A stretch of 64,000 bases of DNA from Sphaerodactylus townsendi (GCF_021028975.2 NC_059436.1:25482001-25546000); one strand, 5' to 3'. Numbered from the stretch's first letter, positions 50,801 to 63,491 are shown. Notes: generated by a model not told the origin, from the letters alone. Translations and numbers: made by a program.

Positions 50801-52055
50801 CAACCTGGTGTAGATGGGAAAATGCTAGTGTGGCTACAGTTGTGACTGGGGCCTCTGTAGAGGGAAACATCAAGGATCACGCCCAGACTCATGACAGATG
50901 GCTTAGAAGTCAGTTGCACACCATCAAGAGCCAATCATTCAGCCAAAAAGATAAGGGTGGTATCCATCTTTTATCTTTAGAATAGCCAGTGATGTAGATT
51001 AAAAGAGAGTCAGTGTGGTATAGTAATTAAGAGCAGCGGGACTCCAGATTTCACGTAGAGCACTGGGTTCGACTTTCCACTCCTCCACATGGAGCTTGCT
51101 GTGTGACTTTGGGCACCATCAGCAGAGACAGGAAAGGTCTCTTGCCTTGAAAACTCTACAGGATTCCCATACGTCCGCAGCGTCTTAATGGCACACATGC
51201 ACAAACAAGCTAAACTGGGAGTGTGTCTGTCTCAGGGATATCCAGCAAGCTTAATGGCAGAAGTGGATTTGAACCCAGGTCCCTTGCACTCAAATCCAAC
51301 CATAGCACCACCATGCCAGTGCTGCTGTTTGTGACCAGAATTCTCTGAGCAATAGCTAAGCACAAAGAGGAATCTGGCCTGTCAGCCAGAGCTTGCAGGC
51401 TTCCCTCACTTACCAAAGGATTAATGCCTTCCTCGTCCTCACCAATAGACACTAAGATGCTGTGCTGCTTCAGCTGGTAGAGGTGAGTCACTCTCAATTT
51501 ATAAGCCTGGAAGGTGGCGAGTTCAAGGGAGCGCGGCAGGAACCAGATCTGACCTTCCATATGTAGGTTTCCGTTAAGGGCCTCTCAGGACAGTGGAGAA
51601 GGAGCCAACAAGAGACAGGCCCCGATTTCTGCCGCTCCTTCCTCCAGTCACCCCCAGGTAGAGACCGCGTCCCTCTCCGCCCACAACAACCCTGCAAAGT
51701 AGACCTATAGAATACAAAGCGACGGGCTAAGTGAAAGTGCGGCTTTCCCTGAACCCGAAGTCCGACCGCGGTCGGGTTACCGGCAGTCGCAGGCGCAGCC
51801 CTCCCGCAGCGGCCCCCAACCGCGCCCTTTTCTGGACAGCAGCAGCACTAGCAGCGCCGCCGCCGCCGCCGCCGCCACCGCCGGAAGGATATCCCCGAAG
51901 ACGAGGCTGCCCCGGCCCGAGTCGCAGACGGCGATGCCCGGCGGCAGGAGCAGAGCATTGCCGTTGGCGCCGCCGCCCTCCAGCCCCGGGCGCTCCTTCT
52001 TCACTGTCTCGCAGTCGAAGAAGGCGAAGCGGCGCCACTGCAGGTAGGCGGCCAT
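41857..52055 (-). CDS. VPS11: VPS11 core subunit of CORVET/HOPS; 16 exons, 934 aa
   Basis: Exons 51893-52055, 51414-51562, 49500-49635, 49138-49301, 48770-49017, 47803-48004, 47504-47655, 46527-46713, 45964-46107, 45280-45468, 44636-44797, 43534-43673, 43144-43346, 42860-43031, 42122-42344, 41857-42027 (2805 nt). Starts MAAYLQWRRFAFFD; contains LEPSYVIRKFLDAQRI; C-terminal RING CSIC...HFLCSHSFHQHC...CPTC; ADHFGRGVF. Confidence 0.96.
44140..44434. mobile_element. tRNA-SINE (44140-44280) followed by a hAT MITE (44283-44434) related to the 28.4-kb element
   Basis: Inverted tccaactctgg..cagatgttcatggactac / gtagtccatgaacatctg..ccagagttgga; TSD imperfect. Confidence 0.7.
47656..47802 (-). other. 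VPS11: GC-AG intron (VPS11 intron 6)
   Basis: TKLE|MLFKK continuity requires the donor GAG|GCAAGG. Confidence 0.85.
50287..50575 (-). mobile_element. Young tRNA-derived SINE (Squam3-like) with (CTT)n tail
   Basis: Copy of the 17.1 and 63.0 kb element. Confidence 0.8.
50600..50960 (-). mobile_element. L2-clade LINE fragment
   Basis: Translation LDGVQLTSKPSVMSLGVILD, typical of the region after the L2 RT domain. Confidence 0.6.
51005..51200 (+). mobile_element. Sauria-type SINE
   Basis: tRNA head cagtgtggtatagt..ggttcgact plus tctcttgccttgaaaactc. Confidence 0.55.
51563..51892 (-). other. VPS11: U12-type AT-AC intron (VPS11 intron 1)
   Basis: Donor G|ATATCCTT, branch site CCTTAAC (51573-51579), acceptor ...cctAC|; splicing restores FG-D-MEGQIW. 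Confidence 0.93.
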
Positions 52056-52631
52056 CTTGCTGGGTCCCGGGGAACAGTCATGTGACGGCGGCGCGCGGGA
52101 CGCCGGTCCTTGTAGTCGGGCAGCGCGGCGCCCTCGCAAGCCGGCGACTGCCGCGGACAGAGGCGTTTGCGCATGCTCCGAGCCGGGGCGGTGTCCCGCC
52201 CCTTCTCTCGCTCGGGGTCGGACCAAGCCGCGACGTGGCCCAATGGCGGACGAGTGCGGCAGCTCAGCCAATCAGGCGGCGCCGCGTGCGCGCCGGAGGA
52301 GGCTCGTTGCGGAAGGAGAGAGACGCCGGCCGGCCACCCGCCTGTTCGCCCGTTGGGCCCCGCTCTTCTCTGGCGCCCCGGCCCCGCTGCCTGCGAGAGA
52401 CCGAGCGAGAGAGCGCGAGAGAGCGGCTGGGCGAGGCGGACCGGTGCTCGGGCGCTCCTCTCCTTCCGTGGCGGCGGCGGCGCTGCGGCTCTGCGGGGCA
52501 CGTGGGCAGGCAGGAAGGAAAGGAAAGCAGGGGTGCGTGGCCCGGCTGACCGGCTGGCCCCGAAGCGGCGCCTCTCCGGGCTGAGCTGCGTCCCGCTTTC
52601 CCTCCCGCAGACGGTGGGCACCGCCGCCAGG
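52056..52631. promoter_or_regulatory. Bidirectional promoter VPS11/HYOU1 with ERSE-II and ERSE-like elements
   Basis: CGTGGCCCAAT at 52234-52244 is the reverse complement of ERSE-II (ATTGG-N-CCACG); CCAAT-N9-CCGCG at 52268-52286 is ERSE with one mismatch; NRF1-like TGCGCATGC at about 52168. Confidence 0.8.
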
Positions 52632-55600
52632 ATGTCCCGCTGGCCCTTGGCCGCCCTGCTGTTGCCGCTGCTGCTGGCCTGCCTGTCCCGCCGCTCAGGT
52701 AGGTGGGGGAGGAGGGGGGGGGACGGGGCACTCGTGCCCTGCCGCGGGAGCGCGCCTACCTCGGCTGCCTGTTCCGCACCGCCCGGAGGGGGCGGGGCCT
52801 CGGGGGATGTGTGGCCTCTGCTCCGACCCAGGGAGCCTTTGCCCTTCGCCGCCGGCCGGGGCTGCGGGGGCATCTCACGAGAGGATGCTTTGGGTGGTGT
52901 CCCTGTGGCTGAACAGCAGAACAGATTTCCGGGATCTTGGGAGACTTTTCAGGTTATTCGGGGGGGGGGGTATTGTTTGGGGCTGCAGATCTCTTTTGGA
53001 CCAGGTGTATTATGTGATCCTGCTCTTTTGGTGTGGCAGATGCGCTGGCTGTGATGTCCGTGGATCTGGGCAGTGAGACCATGAAAATCGCCATTGTCAA
53101 GCCAGGAGTCCCCATGGAAATTGTTCTGAACAAGTAAGTGGCACCTGGTGGGCCACTGCGAGTGGCAGAAAGCTGGACTAGATGGACTCTGGTCTGATCC
53201 AGCTGGCTTGTTCTTATGTTCTTCTTAAGTGGCTGGGGAGAAGCAGGGCTACTCGGGCCTGAATCCAGAGTGCTGAGGAGCAGCAGCCTCACCTGACCTC
53301 ACCAAAGAGGTCTCGGGTGCTGGTGTGGTTTCATCCACTAGCTGGGCACCTGGTGCTGCAGTTGAAACGGGACGTTCAGCAGGTGCTTCTCAGGCTGTGG
53401 CACAGGCTGTAGAGCGGAGGCTCAGCATTGGAGGGGGCGTGGCTGCTGCACATGGAAAAATTATGTTTAATGTTCCTTCTTGCTTCAGGGAGTCTCGGAG
53501 GAAAACACCGGTGGCTGTGTCCCTAAAGGAAAGCGAGCGCCTCTTTGGTGACAGTGCCATCGGAATGGTGAGCCTGAGGATTCTGCTGCTACTTTTTCTC
53601 AAGATAAGCCTCAAAGGGATCCAGGGGTCAACTCGCCCCCCCCCCCCCCCCGGCACCCCCCACAACCTAATTTCTGTGGCCCTGCGGGCACGCTGTCATT
53701 TTTGCCATTGAAGGGTAGAAAGTAAGACTGTCTTCATATAAGGATATTTATTTTTATAGTGCTGAAAATGCTGGACTTTCGTAATCATATTTTATCGATA
53801 AAACACGTTTTGATATTCTAATTGTTGCCAAAAGCGTATACATCAACAGCATACATTAGAATTACCATTGACTAATACTGCATACTAATTTTAAGTAAAA
53901 GTTTGTGATTCGTTCATTCCAAATGTTCCCTCCATCATAGGATTTCTTTTCAGTCTGCTCCCAAATGTTGTTAATTTTCTATTGGAAAATTAAAAACATC
54001 TCCAGATTTTTACATGGTATGTATTTTCAGTGAAAAATTGTTCTGTTCATTTAAAAAAGAGAGAATATTTCACAGGAGGTTCCCCCCCCCCCCCCCGGTT
54101 CCCATCATAACAGTTTAGGGGAAAGTCCTTATTTTGAGTGCCTGCGTGAAGGTCCCTCAAGACACTTCCAGTGTGTGGCAGCTGAAGGGCTGAGTGTCCT
54201 CCCGCGTGGCCTCCCATTGGCAGCACTGTTCAGGTCTTGCCCACTGAGGGCCCTGCCTTCCTTTTTCAGGGCCACTCCATCTCCTGTTGGGTCTTTTCCT
54301 TCTGCCTTCAACTTTTCTTATGTCTGTTGTCTTTTCCAGTGAGTCCTCTCATATTGTGGCCAAAGTACCATAGCTTCAATTTAGTCATTTTAGCTTCTAG
54401 GGAGAACGTGCTTGTTTCTCTTTTTGGAGGTCCACAGTATCTGTAACGTGGTCTTTGAATGCTACGTTTCAGAGGAATTTACTTTTTTCCTGCCTGTTTT
54501 AGTCATTATCCAGCTTTCACAGCCGTACATAGTAATGGGGAGAACTGTGGCGTGAATTCTCTCGATCTTTGTCGCCAGTGGCATTTCCATACACTTGAGA
54601 GCCTTTTCTAGCTCCTTTGCGGCTGCCCTTCCTAATCTCAGCCTCTTTCTGATTTCTTGGTTGAAGTCTCCCTTTTTGGAGAGGGGTGAAAAATGTTCTC
54701 CATTTTTTGTTCCAGAGCATTCACTTCTTTTAATCATGGAGTAGGACGCTTTCATTCCTGGCAGCCCAGTTTTGAAATCTGTACATCAGGAAGTCTTTTT
54801 TGAGTTTGATTTCACATGGAATGAGGTGCAAATGTGCATGTTTGACTTTTAGACTTCCATCTTGTTTTCAAACGCTGCCTTGCTCACCAAGTGTACTAGT
54901 TTAAACAAGCTGATTGCTTAGGATTTGTAGCCGTGGTTTCTAAGCTGTGCTGCAGGGGGCAGGTCAGTGGGAGGGGGGGTTGGGCTGCCGGGGCATGGAC
55001 CAGTGAAGCGGACTGAGCAGTCGGTTCGTGCTTCTTGGGGTTTTTCACTCATTACCTCACTTCCCTCCCACAGTCCATCAGGACTCCCAAAGCGGCCTTC
55101 CGATATTTCCAGGACCTCCTGGGCAAGCACACAGAAAACCCCCTGGTGGCGCTGTATCGGCTGCGGTTCCCAGAGCATGAGTTGGTGAAGGATGCCCGGC
55201 GGGAAACCGTCAGCTTCAGGCTGTCGGAGTGAGTGGCTGGCTGGGGGCTGGAGAGGGCCACGGGATGCAGCTGGCGAGGGGGCACTGGGGCCTCTTTTCA
55301 GCATGGCACTGGGTGGGGGGGGGGGGCTTCTGTGGGAATGTGGGGTCGACCTCTACTTCTGAGGCTCTGGTGTGCTTGTACTGGCCACAATGAAGAACAG
55401 GGAAGTCCCACCTTCTGCAAAAGAGGCTGCTCTGTTCTATGATGCTGTACGTGTTCCCCCCAGCCTCCGCCTTGCCTGCAGAGCTGCCTTACCAATAATG
55501 TAGAGCAGGCCGTGGAAAGTGAAAGTTACCGGGGTGGGGGAGGGTGCTGTGCTATGCTAAGTTTTTGGGGGTTTTTTTGCAAAAACCTTCTGGCGTGTTG

Positions 55601-58600
55601 AATAGCCACCCACTCAGAGGGTGGGGACCAGTGGGGAGGGGAAGCACAACTTGCATTCTCCAGACATCTCCACATGAGCACCCCTGCCACAGGCTGGACT
55701 ATCTCTGTCGCCAGGCAGCTGCTGCTGTTGAAGGGCAGTTATGTTTTGCTTCGACTGCTGCAGGATTTGTGGCAGGGAGTCAGCTCTGGCTGGTTTTGAA
55801 CTGCAAGCATGCTGAGCTCCTGCCGGGCCTCCTAGATGGGATCCAGAGGTTGCTGGTGCTGGGTTTTATTCTCCTTTTCTTCCTTGCAGGAAAATCCAGT
55901 ATTCTCCGGAAGAGATTCTGGGCATGGTCCTGAACTACTCTCGCTCCCTGGCAGAAGAGTTTGCAGGTTTGGAATGACTGCCTGTGTCAGGACACAAAAG
56001 ATGTCTTTAGTGTTGGGAGGAGAGGTAGATGTGGGGACAAAACGAGGTGTAAAGTCCATCTGCATTTAGTAGCCAAGTCAGGACAATGCAAAGCAGGAGG
56101 TGCCTTTTGCTGCTCTTGCAGAACAGCCCGTCAAGGACGCCGTCATCACCGTCCCGGCCTACTTCAACCAGGCAGAGAGGAGAGCCGTGATGCATGCAGC
56201 GAAGGTGGCTGATCTCAAGGTTCTGCAGCTCATCAACGACAACACTGCTGTGGCCTTAAACTATGGCGTATTTCGAAGGAAGGACATCAATGCCACGGCA
56301 CAGGTGCTTGTGGGTGGAAGGGGAGGGCTGCAGAGTGAAGGGGGGCTGCTCAGCACAGTGCCAGTGTGGCTGTGTGCCATGGGAGACCCACATCTCAATC
56401 TCCGCTCTGCCGTGGAATCTTACCAGGCAACCTCAGGACAGTCTCACGCACACACTTAGCCTAGCCTACCTCCCAGGACTGTTATGAAGATAAAATGAAG
56501 CAGCAAAAGATGGAAGCCACTTACGTTCTTTCCAGTTTACTGATTTGGTTTTGAATGCCACCTTCCCCCTCACAGGCTCAGCGATTTCAATATAAAATTC
56601 AACAAAATCACAATTTAAAAGAATCAGTTAACCTTCTCTAAACCCCAGTGGCAATAATGGGCAGTCACGATACTTTCCCAGTGAAAGGGTGGGAGAGGGT
56701 GAGGCTGCTCAGCCACATGCCTGATGGAACAGCACTGTCTTACAGGGCCCAGGTCTCTCTAGACGGAGCGTCCCACCAGGCCCTGGTCAAGGCTACCAGG
56801 CATCTTTTGGGCCAGGGATCACCAGCTGAAGGCAGCCATTTGTGAGCGGTGGCGTAGAGCCAACGGGACGGGGTGCAATGCACCAAGGGCACACCAGTGT
56901 GGGGGCGTGGCAGGGGCGCAGGATGCAGGCATGCCACAGGCGCAGTTCCCCCTCGCTCTGCTCCTGTCTGTGGGTGACATAGTGGGAGTGACAGTCCCAT
57001 AGGTATGCTTGCCATTTAAGCCTCTGAAGGTGAGTACCAGAACCTTGAGCCTGCTCCAGTACTCTACCGACAGTGCAGCTGGCAGAGCACCAGTTGACTG
57101 TGTGCCCGCCACAGGGTCCCCGCAAGGACCCAGGCTGCTTCCGAAGCAGGCCCGAGAATACCCTTGCATAGAGCGAGTTGCAGTAGGCCAGCTGAGTTTG
57201 TTGCATGGATCCCTGTGGCTTGGACAGGTGGGGTGCTAGTTGTCTTGCCTGGGGAAGATGGTAGAAGGCCCGGAAGCCTACCTGTGTGACATGAGCCTCC
57301 ATTGCCAAGGAACATACTCAGACTCTTCCTGACAGTTTGCGCAGAATGCAGCTGCACGTGTCTAAAGTTGGTAATTGGCACCCCCCCCACCCCCACCTAA
57401 ACTTCTTCAGTCTAGCCACAGGACCTCCACCTTCGCTGGACTGAGTTTCCACCAGCTCCCTTTAAGCCGTTCCACCGTGGCCTCCAAGCCATGTCCCAGC
57501 TGAACTGGGCTGGCAAGCCTGCATGGGCCTCACCAGGCAAGACTGCAACCCTCCCCCCCTCCCCCCCCCCAGCCAAGCTAAGCCAAGTCACATTTAGGTA
57601 ATATTTAGTACTCGAAACAAATCCGTTTGACTCCCCTGATCTAAAAAACCCAAGGATGGTTCCTTTAAGAGCGGCACCACGGCTACTTGTAGCCCCCCAG
57701 GGAACGTACCTGTGCTTAGGGACAGATGAATAATCCCTATGGGAGGGGAAAGGCCTGAATATTAAAGAAGTGAATGAATAAATAAATAATTTGTTTGCGG
57801 TGTTTAAGGTGTTTGGGCTGCTTTCCATTGTAGAGGAAGCAGAGAGCTCTCTGCCTAGTCCAGTTCTTAGAAAAAGGGACCTTACATCCCGCTTGAACCT
57901 GCTGTGGCCAGAGTTAATGTCTCAAAAGCACAGGGGTAGTTCAATAACAGATCTGTGTGGTTTGTTGCCTGCTTCTATTTGCCTGTGACCTTTGTTTCCA
58001 GAACATCATGTTCTACGATATGGGCGCTGGCAGCACCGTGTGCACCATTGTCACCTACCAGACCGTGAAGACAAAGGACTCGGGGACCCAGCCGCAGCTG
58101 CAGATCCTGGGTGTTGGGTAGGAGTCGGATCTGTTGGGAGGCAGCTTTGGAAAGTGGTGCCTCTCTCAGCCGGGTGCTTGCATGGGACACGCCAGGGGCA
58201 GGTGCCAAGCTTCACCCCATGTCGCGGAGCAGCCGATGGTTGCTGAGCAAAGCTCCCGCCTCTGCCTTCTGCTAGATTTGATCGCACGCTCGGGGGGCTA
58301 GAAATGGAGCTGCGCCTTCGCGACCACCTGGCCACCCAGTTCAACAAGCAGCACCCGTCCAAGGACGTCCGGCAGAACCTCCGGGCCATGGCCAAGCTGC
58401 TGAAGGAAGCCAATCGCGTGAAGACTGTTTTGAGTGCCAATGCTGACCACATGGCCCAGGTAGCTGCACTTCAGTTGCTGTATGTAGGGATTGCTCAGCA
58501 TGCCGAAGAACTTGGCGGCTCTGGACGGCACCTGTTGCTGCTAGCTGTTGCAGCCTCAGCTGCTGGATCAGGTAGCATCTGGCCTCGTTATGCGTTGCTG

Positions 58601-61600
58601 ATGTTCGGGTTTCATCGTTAAAAGGAAGTTTAACAGCAGAAAAGCCCCCTCCCCCCTTTCTTTTTTTTTTTCTTGGAGAGAGTGAGAGCAAACTGGTTTG
58701 TGGGAAGCGCTGTCTGACAGGATGCTCTGGCCTCCCCTGCCTTCCCTTTCCAGATTGAGGGCCTGCTGGATGACATTGACTTCAAGGCCAAGGTTTCCCG
58801 GCAGCAGTTTGAGGATCTGTGTTCGGATATGTTCCAGCGGGTTGCAGGACCTGTGCATCAGGCGCTCCACAGTGCCGGGATAAGCCTGGTAGGTGCGGGT
58901 GCCCTTGGTGGTTGCAGCTAACTTGCGGTGGCCCCTGCCAGGGGTTTTCAAGGCAAGAGATGTTCAGAGGTGATTGGCCATTGCCTGCCTCTGCACAGCA
59001 GCCCTGGATTTCCTTGGTGGTCTCCCACACAAGTTGTGACCACGGTTGACCCTGCTCAACTTCTGAGATCTGGAGACACGAGGCTACCTTGTGCCATCCA
59101 GCTCCAGGCGTGGGCCTTGGGCTCTGGGCTGACCGACCTTTCTCCACATTTCTAGAATGAAATTGATCAAGTGATCCTGGTTGGAGGGGCCACTCGAGTG
59201 CCAAAGGTTCAAGAAATTCTGCTGAGTGTGGTGGGCAAGTAAGTGCCACGCGGGCTCCTCGTCCGTGCACCTTTTGGGTCAGATCCAGGTGGGCCTGAAC
59301 GTGCTTTTTCTTGTGCCAAACTCAGGGACGAGCTGGGGAAGAACATCAACGCTGACGAAGCTGCCGCGATGGGGGCTGTCTACCAGGCAGCTGCACTCAG
59401 CAAGGCCTTCAAAGTGAAGCCGTTCCTCGTTCGGGATGCTGCCCTTTTCCCCATCCAGGTGAGCTGGGGCGGTGGAGTGGGCACATCACGGGTAGGGCAG
59501 AGGCCCAGTTCTCATGGAGGCTGTGGGCTAACTGCATCTTGCCTCCTCTGCCTCCCAGGTTGAGTTCACCCGTGAAGTGGAAGAGGAGGATAAGTCCAGG
59601 AGCCTGAAGCACAACCGGAGGATCCTGTTCCAGCGCATGGCTCCCTATCCGCAGCGCAAGGTCATCACCTTCAATCGCTACACAGATGACTTTGAGTTCC
59701 ACGTCAACTATGCGGACATGGCCTTCTTGAGCGAAAGTGACCTGCGGTGAGTGGAGGCTTTGGGGCCAGACCAATCCCCCACCACACCCCAGTCATGGGC
59801 GTCCATGTTGGAAGCTTGTGGTGTCTGTGCCTGGGAATGGTCTCCTCTTAAAGATAGGTGGCAAAGCAATTGAGCGGGTAAAGGAATGTGAACGTAAGAA
59901 GGCGCCTGCTGGATCAGACCAGAGTCCATCTAGTCCAGCCCTCTGCTACTCGCAGTGACCCATCAGGTGCCTTTGGGAGCTCACGTGCAGGATGTGAAAG
60001 CAAGGGCCTGCTGCTGCTGCTGTTGCCGAGCACCTGGTCTGGGGGGATGGGGGGGTGGGCAGGGTACTCTCTGTAGACAGTGGGCAGGGAATATTGTTTC
60101 CCAGGCTTCTTTGAGAGATCTTGCCTTGTTCTCCCACCTGAGGAATGGCCATCATCGCAAGGGTGCTGGCTGCTCCACCGTGGCTCTTGCATTGGTCTTT
60201 GCAGGATGTTTGGGTCCTTGAATCTCACCACAGTGAGGCTGCGAGGTGTGGGTGAGAGCTTCAGGAAGCACACAGACTACGAGTCCAAAGGCATCAAGGC
60301 GCATTTCAACATGGACGAGAGCGGCGTGCTGAGCCTGGACCGGGTGAGTGCCGCCTCTTGTGCTGGGGCCTCGGAGGCTTTCCCATGGGCCTTTCTCACC
60401 TCTTCTCCGTTGCCTTCTAGGTGGAATCGGTGTTTGAGACTGTGGTCGAGGATAAGCCAGAGGAGGAGTCCACGCTTACAAGTAAGACTTTCAGGCTGTG
60501 GCCACGTCTCGGGCAGCCAGTGATGTAGCCCTGTCCTCAGCCTCACAGGCAATTGAGGTGGGGGAGGAAGAGTCTCCTCTGCCTGCTGTGATGATTCAGG
60601 GATGGCCTGGCCTGTTTCCCTCCCTTGCCAGCCGCCAAGCACTGGCAAGAATTCACCCCTTGTTTGGTTACAGTTTTCTAAACGTTATGCATGGGCATTG
60701 CAATCCTGGCCGGGGGTGGGGGAGGCGCCCGCAGGTATTTGCATTACACCCAGGGATGGTGGAGGCAGTGGTGCAGCTGAGCAGCTGCCAAAGAGGTTAG
60801 TTGCGCCATGGCCAGCCCCGGCATGGCACTGAAAAGAGCAGTGCCAGCGAAAAGGAACATCAATGCAGGAGTGGAGTGGGAGGGCCCAGGGCAGTGATTG
60901 ACAGGTCAGCTGACTGCCAGCAGGGTTGATTGCAACTAATGTGGAAGTCACATTAGAAGTGTGAATGGCAGGGGCAGACTCTGTTGTAGGTGTGGTTGCC
61001 ACACTAACTATGCCCACAAAAGACCTTCTGAACTCTGCACACTACAAATCAGATCTTTTGGGAGAGTGACTCATCCTGCACAGGTATTTCCCCAGCTGGG
61101 CTCTGTTCCCCCCACCCACCAAATCCTCTTTCTGGACTCGGCTTCAGCCTCCTCACCGTCCTCCAGTCAGTGGCTGATTGTGGGCACCTGTTCATGGCCT
61201 CCAGGGCTTTCCCTGAGTCCATAAAACCAAGGAACTCCCCAGCCCCGGACTGGCACTGCACGCCACAGCTCCACTGGCAGTCTCTCCCTGGCATGCTTCT
61301 ATGTTGGATGGTCTCAACAACACAGGAAACAAACTCTGTCATACAAACTGCATAGTGAGGCTCTGAAGTCTCTTCTGGGGCTGGGGCCACAGTGACTCCG
61401 TGCCATGCAAGGTGTTGCTGGACATATAGCAGAGCAAAAGTTCTGGGTGCTGCTTCGCCACCACCAGATGAGATGAAAGATGTGCAGCGTATCCTGTGAA
61501 ATTTAAGCCTTTGCCAGGTTGGAAGAATACCTGTGACTGGTACCTTTATCAAGGTAGCACCTGTGCACCCCTCTGGAAAGGCACAATTTTAAGGTTGTGT

Positions 61601-62238
61601 TTGTCTTCTGGAGAGAACTGTCAACCAGGGCAATCAAAGTGCCAAATAACTAGCTGGATCCCTGAACGACATACCTGAGTGTTGTCTGGCTTTTCTGCTA
61701 TACTTGAACCTTGTCTGTCTTTTGGGCAGAGCTTGGGAACACCATCTCGAGCCTGTTTGGAGGGGGAAGTTCTGTGCCAGAAGCCCCTGAAAACCTGACA
61801 GAAACTGTTCAGGTGAGTGCTGTACTGCTGGCTACGCAGATGGAATGGAAAGAAACCTGGAGCCTGCTGCAAAAATTCAGCACTGATGGGGCTACCTCAA
61901 GCACTTGTGTGTGGCCAGCAGGAGCCCTGGGGGTGGATGGTTTTAACACCGCCCCGGTTGGTGGGCCCCTCCACACCCCTGCCTGACTGGAAAAGCTTTG
62001 CTGTGCTAAGTCCACACAGCTCATCTGAGGATGTGTTTAACCCTTGCCTGACCAGGAAGAGGAGGAGAGCCAAGCAGAATCAGGAAAGGAGGACCAGAAA
62101 GACAACGCTGGGGCTGCTGGTGAGGAGGAGGTGAAGCTGCAGCCGCCAACGCCCGCCCCGGCTGAGGAGAAAGTGGCTGCAGAGGCCTCTGCAGGAGAGG
62201 ACCAAGAAAAGGATGCGGGCAAGAAGCACAACTCCCAG
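52632..62238 (+). CDS. HYOU1: Hypoxia up-regulated 1 (GRP170/ORP150), ER HSP70-family NEF; first 16 coding exons, gene continues beyond the window
   Basis: Exons 52632-52698, 53040-53133, 53489-53567, 55074-55228, 55890-55966, 56122-56303, 58002-58117, 58276-58459, 58754-58888, 59156-59238, 59326-59458, 59559-59746, 60205-60343, 60421-60481, 61730-61812, 62056-62238. Signal peptide then [11 protein letters not shown]; [70 protein letters not shown]. Confidence 0.96.
53140..53228 (+). mobile_element. CR1 3' terminal fragment
   Basis: Very similar to 62750-62830 (cacctggtgggccactgcgagt...ctgatcca...ttatgttctt). Confidence 0.75.
54225..54680 (-). mobile_element. RTE/BovB-like LINE fragment
   Basis: Translation [17 protein letters not shown]...[24 protein letters not shown]-clade ORF C-terminus. 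Confidence 0.8.
58912..59106 (-). mobile_element. 5S-headed Sauria-type SINE
   Basis: Similar to 10255-10447. Confidence 0.65.
59890..60040 (-). mobile_element. CR1 3' terminal fragment
   Basis: Same sequence and orientation as 63492-63640. Confidence 0.75.
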
Positions 62239-62502
62239 GTGGACATAAAAGCAGGCTTTGTTTCAGCGGGGGGTGGGGAGGGGTCTGTGCCAATGAAATC
62301 TCACTCCTGCATGTCAACATGTTAGCATCTGATGGCTGAGTGCATTGAAGAACAGCAAGATCCCAGTTCAGTCGCACCTCAAAGTGCAACAAGATGTTGG
62401 GGAATATGAACATTTGCGAGTCCCTTTGTCAGATATGAACTTTGACCCTCATCAGCACATTCTTAGAGAATCTTCCTGTACTCTCAGGTGCTACTGAGAA
62501 TC

Positions 62503-62830
62503 ACACTTCTTCATGCAACCTGTGATTGGTGTTTGGAATATGCTGCCACAGGAGGTGGTGATGGCCACTAACCTGGATAGCTTTAAAAAGGGCTTGGACA
62601 GATTTATGGAGGAGAAGTCGATCTCTGGCTACCAAGCTTGATCCTCCTTGATCTGAGATTGCAAATGCCTGAGTAGACCAGGTGCTCGGGAGCAGCAGCA
62701 GCCGCAGAAGGCCCTTCCTTTCACCTCCTGCACGTGAGCTCCCAAAAGCACCTGGTGGGCCACTGCGAGTAGCAGAGTGCTGGACTAGATGGACTCTGGT
62801 CTGATCCACAGGCTCTTTCTTATGTTCTTA
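62503..62830 (+). mobile_element. CR1 LINE 3' end (5'-truncated)
   Basis: Encodes WNMLPQEVVMATNLDSFKKGLD; ends ttcttatgttctta. Confidence 0.88.
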
Positions 62831-63046
62831 CTGAACTCAAATCTAGACTCTCCACTGCAGACCATCACAGCCACCCTCTGAAACTATCAGCTGGAAAACT
62901 ACCATTTGCTGCACATGGAACCCTTTCTGGCTGAAGGGTTTGTCTCACGTTTTGGTGTTGTCAGAGCTGGCTCTGCAGGAGAGGTCCGGCTTCTTAAAAT
63001 CATTTGCTGTTATGTACAGTCTGAAAGGAGCAAGCTGGGTACTCAG

Positions 63047-63333
63047 GAGCAGCAGTGGCGGAGGAGGTTAAGAGCTCGTGTATCTAATCTGGAGGAACCG
63101 GGTTTGATTCCCAGCTCTGCTGCCTAAGCTGTGGAGGCTTATCTGGGGAATTCAGATTAGCCTGTACACTCCCACACATGCCAGCTGGGTGACCTTGGGC
63201 TAGTCACAGCTTCTCGGAGCTCTCTCAGCCCCACCTACCTCACAGGGTGTTTGTTGTGAGGAGATTGTCAGCCCCTTTGAGTCTCCTGCAGGAGAGAAAG
63301 GGGGGATGTAAATCCAAACTCTTCTTCTTCTTC
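63047..63333 (+). mobile_element. Young tRNA-derived SINE (Squam3-like) with (CTT)n tail
   Basis: A/B box head, body shared with the 17.1 and 50.3 kb copies, cttcttcttcttc tail. Confidence 0.8.
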
Positions 63334-63491
63334 ATGACCCTGCAAACTGAGGGTGCTCTCTGAAATGTGGTCTTCTTGTGGATATTGCTAAAGTCCAGCT
63401 AATTAAAAACAACAACAACAAGAATACTCTGTCAAGTTCTTGACTGCAAACAGAGCCAGCGTGGCATAGTTAAGAGCAGCAGACTCTGACG

